This document shows positions 23,876 to 37,159 of a stretch of DNA of 64,000 bases, piece by piece (position 1 is the stretch's first letter; every line of letters begins with the position of its first letter). Origin of the DNA: Basidiobolus meristosporus CBS 931.73. Lineage: Eukaryota; Fungi; Basidiobolomycota. Location of the stretch: positions 1-64,000 of the forward strand of contig MCFE01000210.1 of the NCBI GenBank assembly GCA_002104905.1, given 5' to 3'. The notes beneath the pieces were generated by a model. That model was not told where the DNA came from and did no database searches. It was given only the letters and a program-made list of their open reading frames with translations. The position numbers and the translations under genes were made by a program.

Positions 23876-26800
23876 TGTTGTTAAAATTTGTAATTCCACC
23901 TAAATATTCACCTGACTTAGTCACTTAGATCATTACCTTCAAATACTAGAGAATACTGACCAAGTTCCTTGTTGGGATTTACTTAGAATATTTACCCAGA
24001 ACATGAAAATTCTCAAAGTTGTCCAAAAAGCCCCAAACTTTGTACACATGTTCTTGGGACCTCCCTCAACCTATTCTATGTGCTTGTTATGCCAAGACCA
24101 GGTAAAAGTATAAATACTACTTTTACATTCACCACATCATTAGGTGAAAGCCACTTAATCTACTTGTTCTCCCAATCACTTCCAATATCTCCAAGACTCT
24201 TACAACAGGTTATGAGCCCCAAGCAGTCACTCTTTGCAATGTCTACTACTGCTATTACTGGAATCTCTTCCTCTGCTGAAAAGTTGGATGGATCTAACTA
24301 CCAAGTGTGGAAGGAGAAGATGAAGATGCTGTTACAGGAAGAGGCCTTTGGGATATTGTCATGGGAGAAGAATGCCCTCCTAAAAACGTGGGAGAGGCAG
24401 CCTTAAAGTACCAGAAGAAAGAACAAAGTGCCTTTAACTGCATTTGCCTTAATGTTAAGGACAAATTGCTAATTCAATGCTCAAGAGCAAATCGGCAATG
24501 AATGCCTGGAAAGCATTAGAAGACACCTACCAGTCATGTTCAGCTGCCAAGAAGATGTATCTGAGACAAAAATTCTTTACTACAAAGATGCTGCCAGGAG
24601 AAGAAATGAAAAATCTAATTAACAGAATTACCCTGCTGGTAGATGAGATGGAATCTGTGGGCGTACCAACTACTGATGAGGATGTGATAGTAACCATCCT
24701 GAATAGCCTGACAGACGAGTTTCAGGGCCTTGTATCAGCCCTAGAGTCCAGAACTGAAGACTTTATCTTAAATTGCGTATATAGAAGGCTCCTGGATGAA
24801 GAATTAAAAAAATCAAGCGCCAATAAGAAGGAAGAAGAAAATGCTTTAATAAGCAATGATAACCAACAAAGGAGGTACCCAAAACCCTACAAAGGCAACA
24901 GCAACCTATTTTGCAACTACTGCAAAAGGAAAGGACATACTTCAGACTGGTGTCTCAAAAAGAGAGATTATCAGCAAAAGAAGCCTGAATATGGAAATGC
25001 TGCAACAACTGAAGATAGACTATTCATATCTGCACTAAATAGGACCACAAACAAGGATTCTCAGGCGTGGTATATTGACTCTGGAGCTTCTCAACACTTT
25101 ACACACCAAAAAGAACTTTTTACCCAATATCAAGAAATTCCAATTAAGAAGGTTTTTATGGGTGACAATAGAACACTTGATGCAGTGGGAGAAGGAACTA
25201 TCCAAGTAAACCTTAGAAGCACTGAAGGAAACCATACACTGACCTTTAAAGAAGTACTCTATGTACCAGAAATAGCCAAGAACCTACTCTCTGTAAGCAA
25301 GGCCACAGCAGAAGGACTCAGTTTCAGTTTTGACAATTCTGGATGCAGGATCACTGATCAAAATGGTGTCCATATTGCTTTGGGCATCAGAGATCAGAAT
25401 CTACACAAGTTGACTTATATTCCATCATACTTGGAAGCCAATATAAGTAACTTAAATGAAGAAACACCAATGCTTTGGCACAGGAGATTTGGACACATCA
25501 ATTTTGATTATTTGCGTAAAATGATCAAAGATCAGCTAATTTCTGGAGTGAAAATTGATCCCCCAGCTAATTTGGAGCACTGTGAAGCCTGCATATATGG
25601 TAAACAAGCCCGACAACTGTTCAAGAGCTCTGGGTTAATCAAAACTAAGAAAAAATTAGATCTAATTCACTCAGGTTTGTGTGGACCTATGCAAAATTTA
25701 TCCTTAGGTGGGATGAAGTATTTAATCACTTTTATTGATGATTATACAAGATACACATGGGTCTACTTCATGGAGAGAAAGGAAGAAGCTCTGTCTAAGC
25801 TCAGGGAGTTTAAAGCCATGGTGGAGAGAGAAACTGGTGAAAAAATCAAGAAAATACGCTCTGACAATGGTGGAGAATATACCTCAAAACTCTTCATCCA
25901 CTTCTGCAAAATTCATGGGATAAAGCAAGAGACTACTGTACCATACTCCCCACAGCAAAATAAAGTAGCAGAACAAGCTAACAGATCAATAATTGATATG
26001 GTAAGATCCATGATCCATGATCAAAATTATCCTATGATTTTTGAGCGGAATCAGTTGCCACTGCTGTATACCTTAAAAATAGGAGTTATAACAGAATACT
26101 TTGTGATTCTACTCCATTTGAAGCATGGTATGGATACAGACCAAGTGCAGAACATCTAAGAATATTTGGGTGCCCAGCATATGCCAAAAAACTGGCCGGA
26201 AATCAGTCAAAATTTGAGCCAAAAAGTGTAAAATGCATATTTTTGGGCTACTGCAATGAGAGTAAGGCATACAGACTCTACAATACCAAAGCAAAGAAGC
26301 TTATCAAGTCCAGGGATGTGTTGTTTGATGAAAGTTCAAAATTTTCATAAAAAATGACATCAGATGATGACAAAAATTTGATCTCAAGTCCACCAATTGT
26401 CAGGATTGAATCAGAGAAAAACAATGAAAATTTTTTCACTCCAGAGGACTCTACAACCGTGGTTCAGCCAGAATCAGTGCCCAGGAATATCCCAGAAGTG
26501 ATCATTCCAGTATCAAATGCCCGGAGATCCAATCGGACAAGAAATAGCCCAAATTACTATATCAATGAGGGTACAAACTTAGCCTATGCCTATTCAGTCC
26601 ATATTGATGAACCCCAGACTGTAAAAGAGGCCCTAAATAGCCCTCAGACAAAGTTTTGGAGATCTGCAATGACTGAGGAATATCAGGCCCTGATGGAAAT
26701 CAAACTTGGGACTTAGTCAAATTACCAATCAACCAAAAATCAATTGGATGCAGATGGGTCTTCAAGACAAAATACAAGGCTGATGGCACAATTGAAAGAT

Positions 26801-28520
26801 GCAAAGCAAGACTTGTGGCCAAAGGATACTCTCAAACAAATGGACTTGACTATACTGAGACCTTGGCACTGGTAGCCAAGTTTAATTCCATCAGATTAAT
26901 ATTGGCTATTGCAGCCAAATATAAGTTTTTTGTTCATCAAATGGATGTAAAAACTGCATTTTTGAATGGAGAACTTGATGAGGACATGTATATGGACCAG
27001 CCTGATGGGTTTGCTGACCAAGATAACCCCCATTTGGTCTGCAAGCTTAAAAGTCACTATATGGTCTCAAACAATCACCAAGAGCCTGGAATTACAAGAT
27101 AGATTCTTATTTGGAATCTTTGAGTTTCAAAAGAAGTAATGCTGACTATAGTATATACTATAAGCCAGATAGAGCAAATCCAGTTCTATTAGCTCTATAT
27201 GTGGATGATCTTATTATAGACGCCAATAACCTAGAAACATTGGAAGAGACTAAATCCAGCCTATCTAAGTAGTTCAAGATGTCCAATCTAGGAGAACTCA
27301 GTTACTACTTAGGGATTAAGTTCTCCATAGACAGAAGTACCCAGACTATCACCCTTAGCCAATCAAAGTATATTCAAGATATACTAAAGAAGTACAAAAT
27401 GGAAGACTGTAAACCGGCAGCTACCCCAATGGAGACAAACCTTAACTTGGTCAAAACTCAACCAAATCAATAGAGCTTGGTGCCATCTGAAAGCCCTGAC
27501 TTTCCTTATCAATCTATGGCTGGCAGTCTGATGTATATCATGCTTGGAACACGTCCAGATATATCATATTCAGTGGGAGTTGTCAGCCAACATAATCAGA
27601 ACTATGGATCTGATCATATTGCAGCAGTTAAGCGGATTTTTAGATACCTAAAAGGAACTGCTGATATCTGCTTAAGATACACTTATAAGGACTCAGAACA
27701 AGATCTTGTGGGATACTCTGATGCTGATTGGGGATGAAATTTAGAAGACAGAAGATCCACCACAGGATACACCTTTCTTTACTGTAAAGGAGCAATTTCA
27801 TGGAATTCAAGAAAGCAACCAACTGTAGCACTTTCTACCACAGAGGTAGAATATATGGCAGCCTGTGAAGCTACAAAAGAAGCAATGTGGCTAAGAAAGC
27901 TTTATACAGATTTAGGCCTATGTCAAAAAACGCCCATTACTTTATTTCAAGATAATCAAGGATGTATACAATTAGGTAGAAATCCAACTTTTCATGCTAG
28001 AACCAAGCACGTAGATATAAGACATCATTTCATATGTGAAGCTATAGAGAATAACTTAGTTAGCTTAGTTTACTGTCCTACAGATGAAATGATTGCAGAC
28101 ATATTTACCAAACCATTAGCTAGAGACAAGCTTGAATATCTTAGGTCAAAATTAGGACTAGTCAGTATGAACATTTAGCTGAGTGAGAGTGTTGTAAAAT
28201 TTGTATCTCCACCTAAATATTCACCTAACTTAGTCACTTAGATCATTACCTTCACATCCTAGAGAATACTGACCAAATTCCTTGTTGGGATTTACTTAGA
28301 ATATTTACCCAGAACATGAAAATTCTCAAAGTTGTCCAAACAGCCCCAAACTTTGCACACATGTTCTTGGGACCTTCCTTAACCTACTCTACATGTTTGT
28401 AATGTCAAGACCAGGTAAAAGTATCAATACTACTTTTACATTCAATAAGTCATTAAGTGAAAACCACATAATCTACTTGTTCTCCCAATCACTTCCAATA
28501 TCTCCAAGACTCTTACAACA
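23876..28520 (+). mobile_element. Second, decayed copia element of the same family (stops and frameshifts, no TSD)
   Basis: LTRs 23876-24207 and 28190-28520, both lacking a 17-bp segment present in element 1. Same PBS. Fragmented gag-pol ORFs. Flanks TATTC and TTTAG differ. Confidence 0.95.
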
Positions 28521-28954
28521 TTTAGATCCATCCAACTTTCAGCAGAGGGGAAAGTTCCAATAATGGCTGGAGTTGACATTGCATAGAGTGACAGGTTAGG
28601 GCTCATGGCCTGTTGTAAGAGTCTTGGAGATATTGGAAGTGATTGGGAGAACAAGTAGATTATGTGGTTTTCAGTTAATGATTTATTGAATGTCAAAGTA
28701 GCATTTATACCTTTACCTGGCATTACAAACATGTAGGATCTGCTTAAGAAGGTCCTAAGAATATGTGCGCGAAGTTTGGGGCTGCTTGGACAACTTATTT
28801 AATTTTCATTTTCTGAATACCTGATGTCTTGATGAAAATATTCCAAGTAAATCCCAACAAGGAATTTGGTAAGTATTCACTAAGATTTGTAGGTAATGAT
28901 CCTGGTGACTAAGCAAGGTAAATATTTAGGTGAAATTACAAATTTTTTACAACA
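28521..28954 (-). mobile_element. Minus-strand copia 5' LTR (28611-28954) with PBS and gag start, truncated at the element-2 LTR
   Basis: Reads LTR, GGCCATGAGCCC, then MSPNLSLYAMSTPAIIGTFPSAE... until 28521. Confidence 0.85.
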
Positions 28955-29413
28955 AGACTAAGGGTACTCATAGCTGTTTGTACACTGAGATCACAAAATC
29001 AATCAGCACTTATTCCTGGTACTTGAGAAACCCTGGTGTTTTACTTTCAATGATATATATTTGTGTCAGGAGTTTCCTGCACTACAAACCTTCACCCATT
29101 GGTGTATCACCCTAGCACAAGGATATGTAAGTTATTAATGCAATGTGAATAGAACTATTCATTTGATGTCTCTGGTTGGGAAATGTATATTGCTCATACC
29201 TTGATGATACCTCAATGATTCTAGTGTAGCATATTTGATCAATATTTCAGCTATAAATAGGAGCTTGCAAACTTTAAATATGACAGATTGATGTAAGACC
29301 GTGTCTTTAGTTGAGAATTGTTCTAGACAATGGATGTGTAGCAAATTAGGAGTTGTATTATTAATTTTCTAAAAACTGTAATCAATACTAGATCTGATAT
29401 ATTACATCCTGGC

Positions 29414-32400
29414 TCAATCGTATTTCATTTGATGCGGTTGCTTGTTCTGGAATAGTAGGATCGGGTTGGCCCTTTGGGGGATTGTGGTTCGATCTAACCG
29501 AAGTTTGAGTTCAGTCTCACCAACAATCCCCTTGACCAGTTCGATAACAATCTCCTCCTCAACGGCGTATTCTGACATCGCCCATCCGTATGTACAGAAA
29601 GTAGTCACTTCAAAAGTGTCCTTGGATTCAGCTGCTAACTTCTCAAACGCCATCTTAGATAACACTTCACTAATTCCGGCCACGGAAGGAAGGTATCTCG
29701 GCAATGGGGATTTGGTTCGCAAAGCACCAGAGAGATTGTACAAGTTGAGGATCAGTACGCTCACCTACAACACAGTTGTTAGCAACCTAAGCTTTTGCCA
29801 ACAATAAGCACATGCGACTTACCAACTCCCGACGGTATGCATTGGTTCCTGGCATAAATTCGTCTAGGTATTTCTTGGGCAGCTTACCAAGCGTGCATTT
29901 GATAACAAACGTGAGATCCAACATATGTTTGAGTCTACTCAACAGCTCCTGGTACACATCCCTTTGGAATGGCCCCCTCAACCTTGGCTCGGCCGCTGAC
30001 TGGCCGAAAAGCCCCTGTGATTTCAAGATACTATGGAATACTTTGGTGAGGTTGGCTTGGAGATCTTTGGAAATGCGGAGTTCCGAGCTCTCGTCTTCCT
30101 CGTTGTGAAGGTTGAACAGGCCAGAGATGACGTGCATGTTGAGGTTAAATGTGTGCGCGAGCTCAATGCGAAGCTCTCTTCGTGCAATGTAGGGGGCAAT
30201 AAACGAATGAACGATGAAGGTCAGCAGAATACCCGCGTCTACCGTGGCGATTCTCTCAAAGGCGACGATGTAAAACTTCTTTTCTACGCTGCGGTACACC
30301 CACACATTGAAGATAATCGCAACATATGTGGTCAGAGACACCGAGCCCACCTTGTTCATTGGGTCATGCACGAAGAGATACCAAAATGGAAAGCTGAATA
30401 TCGCGAAGCATGCTGGAAGTGCGTACTGATTGCCACGGCTCATCTCCCATATAGCAAGCCCATAAAGCCCACCAAGAATGGTTCCAATAAAGCGCTGGAC
30501 CCCGATGGTGAGCATGGCCCCTACCGCTACATTGGAGACGATGTTCGCTGTGATCAGTGCCCACTGGCCATGGTTCTCCAGGTACCACTTCATCGAAGAG
30601 TCAAAGTATGCCGGAAGCGACAGACAGGCAAATATAATGGTGAACTTGAAGGCGTAGATAACCTCGTCAGATTGCCACCATCGCTGGAACTTCCAGAGCA
30701 TGCGTCTCCAAGTTCTCTGATTCTCTTTGTCCTTTTGCACTTGATACAGAAACGTTCCAATTGATTGTCTCCGGACTGGGGGTGAGAGCGCTGGGTTTGA
30801 CACCACGTCTGGCACTTGCTCTGTTTGGGTGCCTTCACGCTTCAGAGGAGGACTCTGTTCAAAATCCTCCATGGCGACTACAGACAGTACATCCTCTTCG
30901 TCAATCTCACTATCGTCCACTTCGCTCTCCATCGTGTCTATCAAGGGAAGCAAAGTTAGTGTCAAAAATGGCTTCGCATCGAGAAGTGGAGACTTGCTTA
31001 CCTTTGTGTCCTCGGACCTTTTTATCTTGCGATTCAGCTTGAAGCCATTTTGAAAACTTCACACTAGGCCACCAAAGTCTTTTGCGCTTACAAAGCTTTG
31101 TTTTCAGGTCTTCCTGGTATTTCACCAGCTGTTGCACCGATACAAGGACCCCCCTGAGCGCATACATGTACGCTGAGGCAACCAGCCACGGGTCATTCGT
31201 GCAGTCGCCGCGCGGGACCTCACGCATCTCTGCGTTGACTTTGGAGTGAATCTGCTCGTATTTCTTCAACGTATTTTCTAGATGCTCCAGTGTCGCAGCA
31301 TCAGGAGCTGCTTGATAAGGAAAACTCTCTTGTGGCAGAGCCCTGATTGGCTGCCCTTGGTCGCTCAGCTCCTCGAAGGTCCCGATGAGTCGATTGAGGG
31401 TCCATGCAACCACACGCAGCATTTCTGATGTGTGTTCGGCCAGGATATCCAGGTTCGCCTTGATCACCTCTGCGTTGTCCTTCATCGGGGTTCTCTCGTA
31501 CCCACGAGCGCCATAAATGTGCACATTTGCACCGTGATGGAGCTCGGTGCTTTCTCTCATGTTTTGACCATCCTGCACGCTCTTGGACAGGATCCTGAGA
31601 TAATGCTGAAGCTTTCCTAAGGTGCCGACCGAACGGACTATCTGTCGAGGGTCGAATCGCCCGTAGGTGACCTCATATCGTGCCTGTCGAAACATGTCTC
31701 TCAACTTGAACATGGTTTCATGGATGTTGATGATCTTTCTGTCTAGGCTGTAGGACTTGACATGGTCATAGTCGGTTGTTTTCAGTGCATTGGGGAGCTC
31801 CAGGAGGGCGTCGCGGGTTTGGGCAAGAACCAATACCATAGAATTGCTAGTGAATGTTAGTTGACACAGGCTGATGGCAGGGAATTAACCGACAATATCA
31901 CTCTACATACCATACGAGAGCCGTCGAGCTGATAGGCCAGAAGAGGAAGTTCACCATTAAGCTAATCAAGCATCCAGTTATTTGCAAAACGATGATCTTG
32001 GCCGCGAACAAAAAGTCGAATTTAGGGGTGTCAACCTGAATGGTAAACAGGTACATAGGTGGGATGAGACCCAAGACCAACAATACGCTCAACTTCGGGT
32101 ATTTGGCTTTGCCGTAACCGAACAGGAAGGCGGTAATCATCAGTAAGGAGAAGGCAAGCCATCTTCCGTTTGGCACACCGATGTTCCGGTTGACCGCTGT
32201 GAAGCATGCCATACCGATCGCCGAGATCCCCAAGCCAAGTCCCATACCCAATGTTGCTCCAATGAAACTTTCTATGTGGGAGCCTAGAGGAAGGAATGGG
32301 GGAGTCATGATGACCATAGCAATACAGAGGTACCCCAGGGCACCGAAGTACTTGGTCACCGGAGGGATCAGATAAATGTAGGAGGTAATGAGGCAGCAAA

Positions 32401-32503
32401 GCATCCCCTTGAAGATTGCTTGCATGTGCCTTCTGGTGGGCTTCCAGTAGAAAACGGAAGGCAACCTGAAGGATTTCGAGTTACTAAATGTGCCGTCTTT
32501 CAT
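29414..32503 (-). CDS. FUSC / aromatic acid exporter (ArAE_2)-like polytopic membrane protein, about 967 aa, 4 exons
   Basis: Exons 32503-31911, 31846-31002, 30937-29823 and 29764-29414 total 2,904 nt. Two hydrophobic helix clusters, including AFKF...GQWALIT...QRFIGTILG. Confidence 0.8.
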
Positions 32504-32974
32504 GGTGCAATATCAAACAATCAGATCGTCAGCATTTATATTATCTGGTTAGCTGCCCAGTGTTCTGGAATTTTTTTAGAAATTTCCTAAATCGAAGTTG
32601 AGGATAGACCGCTCTGTACATCACTGGACCACTAAGATGCGACTAAGATGCGAGTGATATATCTGGAATTCCACATGGTCGTGAAATGGTAGATAACGAT
32701 CGGTGGCTGGAATTCTCGTGATGGAGCCAGCTTTTGTTGATCCCTCACCATTGGTTCATTGAGCGTTAGGGTTGATGCTCGGCCGGACTCATCAAGATTC
32801 AGGCGCCATGGACTCAGATGCCGTGGAACCTTGAAATCAACATATTCCAACCTTGGGAACATTCTTTTCAGGGGGTTCACTTCTATATTCTTGAATGAGA
32901 TGAATTGGCCAGCAGTTTGCTTTGGATCGAGTGCCATTTTCCAAGATTGAACACTATATGTAGCTCCCAATAGT

Positions 32975-33190
32975 ATTGTGCAAGGTTCTGTTCTTGGCAC
33001 AATTCTGTACGCCTTTACTTTGCCAAGAACGTACAAAAGTGTAAATACCACTTTTACATCTAATGGGTCATTAAGTGAAAGCTACATAATCTAACTGTAC
33101 TTCCAATATCTTGAAAACACTTGCAGCAAAAACCACATAAACTGCTTGTTCACCCAATCACTTGCCAGTATATACAAGAGTCTCACTCAC
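32975..33190 (+). mobile_element. Degenerate copia LTR 3'-end fragments
   Basis: tgccaaga...aaaagtgtaaataccacttttacatc...tcattaagtgaaagctacataatcta matches the LTR U3/R region. Confidence 0.6.
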
Positions 33191-33655
33191 TAGTAATGGA
33201 TGTCCCCCTTGAACAAATATCAGTAGTTTGAGTTCAAACTAATTGAGAAGTATCACATTTACCTTCTGGTTGCCAAAGCCATTACCAATATTCCCTAAAA
33301 TTTTGCAAATACTTTCACCTAGTAATTTAATGGCTATTACTATTATTATGATAATACATCTTTTGGCTGGAATATGGATTTGATTTCTGACCAATATCAC
33401 CCTTCCCTGCAGATTTTAGATCTTCCACTTATCTGCAAAAATTCCATTCTTCATGCTTCTTGGCAGTTACAAACGACCAAATGTGGTTAGGGCATTGCGG
33501 CTTCAATGCAAAAAATGATTTTCCCCCAAGCTCCAGCCCTGCCAATTTGGTAAGTAGTATGTAACGCATTATTCTCAGTAGTTTTTATGCACATTGCTAA
33601 GTAGATCATGTCTTTATTTGAAACAAAGGTTCAGTGCCTTTTTCACTTAATAGTC

Positions 33656-34120
33656 TTAGTAACGTTTGTAGTCTCTATTCATCTCACGGATGCAATGACC
33701 ACGGTGGTGACAGTGGCATCCTTGACCCCGATGCCTGTTCCTACACATCATAAGGCGGTGGCGGCGTGCATACTCCAGTTGACACTCCATTAATCCCATA
33801 TGGGGACCACATGGCCATTGCCCCCCGTGTCTACGTCTCCACTCGTCGTCACTGCCATATCTTCCCCATGGCTCCGCCTCTTCAGAGCCAGATTTAAGCT
33901 CGTCTTTTACAAATACTTCATCAGAAGCACCTCCCGGATAACCTCTATGCATTCTAGATAGAAAGTCATGGTGATCATCACTTGACATCATTCTTTGGTA
34001 TGCAACTTCGGCGTCATATTGATTGCTTACTGGACCCCAATTGAAGTCAGTAGGTATTGGATTCCCAATAACACAGGTGGCGATTAGGAGAGTGCATATG
34101 AGTGTGTTTAGCTTCAACAT
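33656..34120 (-). CDS. Small secreted protein (154 aa) with His/Cys/Arg-rich C-terminus
   Basis: ATG 34120, MLKLNTLICTLLIATCVIG-NP signal-like N-terminus, TATAAA about 35 nt upstream, C-terminal CRNRHRGQGCHCHHRGHC. Confidence 0.7.
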   Translation of the reverse strand: MLKLNTLICTLLIATCVIGNPIPTDFNWGPVSNQYDAEVAYQRMMSSDDHHDFLSRMHRGYPGGASDEVFVKDELKSGSEEAEPWGRYGSDDEWRRRHGGQWPCGPHMGLMECQLEYARRHRLMMCRNRHRGQGCHCHHRGHCIREMNRDYKRY

Positions 34121-35571
34121 ATTGAATGTTTTGTATGGATAGCTACTTCGTCTATTTATATCAAAGCGATGGTAATGCAAACGACTTTAACAGTCAGGCA
34201 ATACATGTGGCTCTACTCCAGAAGGCAATGCATGGGGCTCTGCTCCAGAAGGAAATACATGTGGATCTGCTCCATAATGTTCACTTGAGAAGGTAATACA
34301 AGTGATATAAGGAAAGGCCATGATGATATTCAGTCATGTGAGGGGCGTTTCCCTTCATACTGTAGATTGAATCACATCCTGAGTTGTGCCACCAGCCAGA
34401 GACAGCTTCTAGAACATTCATGGAGTGTACATTGGTCATGACCCATACAGAATATAACGAAATAGTTATGCCAAGAAAAGCTAAAAACGCATAATCATGC
34501 TTTGATGTCAGATATCAACTAGAACTATGCAGGAATAGCAGTGTTAGAAATATCAATCGATCTCCCAAGTGCCACATCACTATTCAGCTTCATAACAGAA
34601 CTAATTAGACTATCAGAAACTAGTCTATTCGCATCATAACACACAGCGTAATCCCCACTTAGAGCCGAGCCCAAGGTACTGGATATCAAACAATGATCAG
34701 GATGGGACATGAATAATCCACCACTTTATGCGAGGTTAATGATTATAGGATGTATCTTAACACAATATGGCTACAAGTTCGTATAAAAAGGCTTCTTCTT
34801 GTGGAATTTAATAACAAATAAATAAATCCCGAGTACGTTCAAATACATCTTGGCGCATGTATAGCTCTACAGAACACAGTAGGCATTTACATTTGACAAC
34901 TGGATATAATAAGCACAAGATGCTTGCAGAATATGGCAACATTGGTATTCTATCATGTCAACAATTACATGAATGTTCCTATTTAACGTTTTGATCGCAT
35001 CTGGTCTAAGTTCAACCTTCAAAGGCAATGATTATCAGAAATCTATGCTGAGTGGAAATGCTGCTATGTCTACTCGCAAGATAGTTATTACATGTGTAAT
35101 CAGAAGCTAGATAACAATGGAGAATTCTACCTCACTCTAGAGCGGTCAGAATTATGCAGATAATGGTGGCTACATTCCCAGCAAGGACATGGGCTTGGCT
35201 GCATTATTTGTTGGTGATCTATGACCGATGCGGTTGGAATTAATATAATTGTGTAGCACCATCGCTGTGGGCACCATTGCAAGACGAATACCAAACTGTT
35301 GACTGATTTCAGAACTTCCATTCTGGAATTACTTGGTCATAATAATCAATTCTCGAATTTAATATGATCATTTATAAGCTCCTGACCCAAAACTGTAAAA
35401 TTAGATCATCCAACGCTTTCGGCGTTTTTGATCCGACTCAGGGACTTCTTCCTTGTTTGTTTAACTATTACTGAATGGCAAAAGCTAGCTTCGATATACT
35501 GTTCTTTTGGCCATTTACTGTTAATACTTTTTGACTCCTTAATATAGTTTCTTTGTAACATACGCATAAGA

Positions 35572-37062
35572 ATGGATACTGAGGAGATCTGTTACCGCGA
35601 CACCAAGGGTACTCCTTCGCCTATACAAGCAGAAGTAGGTGCCATTAAGCCTATACATAATGTCTTTTCCTCCGAAGAGGGTGATACAGACTCTGGGAGG
35701 CTTGCTCCCCCTGAAAGTAAGGAATCCCTCAGAAAAATGCCACGTTCTAATTCGTTGGAACTTCGCCAGTATGCGACTGTCGATAACTCAACATCCAAAT
35801 CTACCCGACCATGGGAAAGCCAAGCGTACAGAAGACGGCGTCACCACTCGGTTTTCTCTAAATCGGAACCAGACCTTACTCCTCTGAATCCCGCGTACTA
35901 TCCCAACAAACCCCTAGAAAACGTCCCACCGGAAATGATATTTCCCTTATCCGAGCCATACAAGGTCACCATTGTACGACCGAACACCCCTTTAATGCCG
36001 GAGGAGTATACGAATGATCAACCGAAAGAGGCTCAACCGTTGCGGGAGCCTAGCAGAACATGGTACTGGAACAAAGTCGACCGTTTCACACAAGTCTGTC
36101 CAGTTGTATCTCAAACGCGATCCTTGATTCAGCTAATGTGTGGGGATCGGGAGGGTGCACGCCGCACACAGAATAATTTCATCAACAAGGTGTTGGAGAA
36201 TGTTACTGGCAAATTGCCTGAAGCGCCGGACCTGACTAACAGGTCTCGTTGGATGGAGGAGATGGTCGAATGCTCGCCTGGCTTTGGCGAGAAGCGGATT
36301 CACGAGATATGCATCCCCGGAAGCCACAATTCGGCCACACGGATCACCATTGAAGCTGGGCAACCCTGGGTTGTGTGCCAGCGACACACGATATCTGCCC
36401 AGTTGCGGGGTGGCATTCGATATTTGGACTTTAGGGTGTGCGACGATGCGGGAGATGAGCAACTATGGGCATCTCACGGCTCTCTTTGCTCGTTGTTAAT
36501 CAATCATCTGGAGGAGCTACGAGATTTCCTCGACGAAAATTCCAAAGAGATCGTATGCGTACTTATCAAGAAAGACTGGGATCGGAAGCTTACTGCCCAG
36601 GGGCTTGACACCCTGAAGCGTATCCTGATCCACTTCTTCCTCGGGAAGGTGGCCGACAGCTCGGAGGCCCAATGCACCATTGCAGAGCTGATGGCGCGTG
36701 GGAAGCAGCTTGTATTCCTGGAGACTAGCCTTGTATTTGGTGACCCGATCTCCCTGTGGCCCACAGAGTGGTCGTGGCCAGAGACGAACTCTGATCACAC
36801 GACGCCGCTCTTCAGCAACCTTGTCAAGTGGGGCAATCAGCTTCGATTTTCGCGAGGCAAGATCACTGCGTTGGAATGCATCCTAACTCCATCTGTGCAT
36901 TCGGTGGTCACTACGCTGAGACCCTTGAGCGAGGTGACCAAGTCAGTCCACCGGAATTTGATGTCCTTGTTGCGCAGTGGCTGGAAAGCGGAGCTGAACA
37001 TCGTTTCGTTCGATTATTGCGCCGATCAGATCATTGAGGAGGTTATCCGGCGGAACATCTGA
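35572..37062 (+). CDS. PI-PLC X domain-containing protein (PLCXD-like)
   Basis: IPGSHNS, Q...ISAQLRGGIRYLDFRV and WASHG motifs. Intronless 496 aa with a disordered N-terminal third. Confidence 0.85.
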   Translation: MDTEEICYRDTKGTPSPIQAEVGAIKPIHNVFSSEEGDTDSGRLAPPESKESLRKMPRSNSLELRQYATVDNSTSKSTRPWESQAYRRRRHHSVFSKSEPDLTPLNPAYYPNKPLENVPPEMIFPLSEPYKVTIVRPNTPLMPEEYTNDQPKEAQPLREPSRTWYWNKVDRFTQVCPVVSQTRSLIQLMCGDREGARRTQNNFINKVLENVTGKLPEAPDLTNRSRWMEEMVECSPGFGEKRIHEICIPGSHNSATRITIEAGQPWVVCQRHTISAQLRGGIRYLDFRVCDDAGDEQLWASHGSLCSLLINHLEELRDFLDENSKEIVCVLIKKDWDRKLTAQGLDTLKRILIHFFLGKVADSSEAQCTIAELMARGKQLVFLETSLVFGDPISLWPTEWSWPETNSDHTTPLFSNLVKWGNQLRFSRGKITALECILTPSVHSVVTTLRPLSEVTKSVHRNLMSLLRSGWKAELNIVSFDYCADQIIEEVIRRNI

Positions 37063-37100
37063 CCGTTGTGAGCATGAACGTGGGTTTTTGTATATCTATG

Positions 37101-37159
37101 TAATCAAGTGGGCTCCTGAATCTCTGGCAAACATTAATCAGGTGGGCTCCTGAATCTCT
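37101..37159. repeat. Two 25-bp direct repeats (1 mismatch) with a 9-bp spacer
   Basis: taatcaagtgggctcctgaatctct and taatcaggtgggctcctgaatctct. Confidence 0.8.

Noticed and set aside
32632-33051. 139-aa minus-strand ORF
   Set aside because: Starts within an LTR remnant and has no recognisable domain. It cannot be excluded as a relic.
34525-34710. 61-aa ORF in an AT-rich intergenic region
   Set aside because: Short, with no motif or supporting signals.
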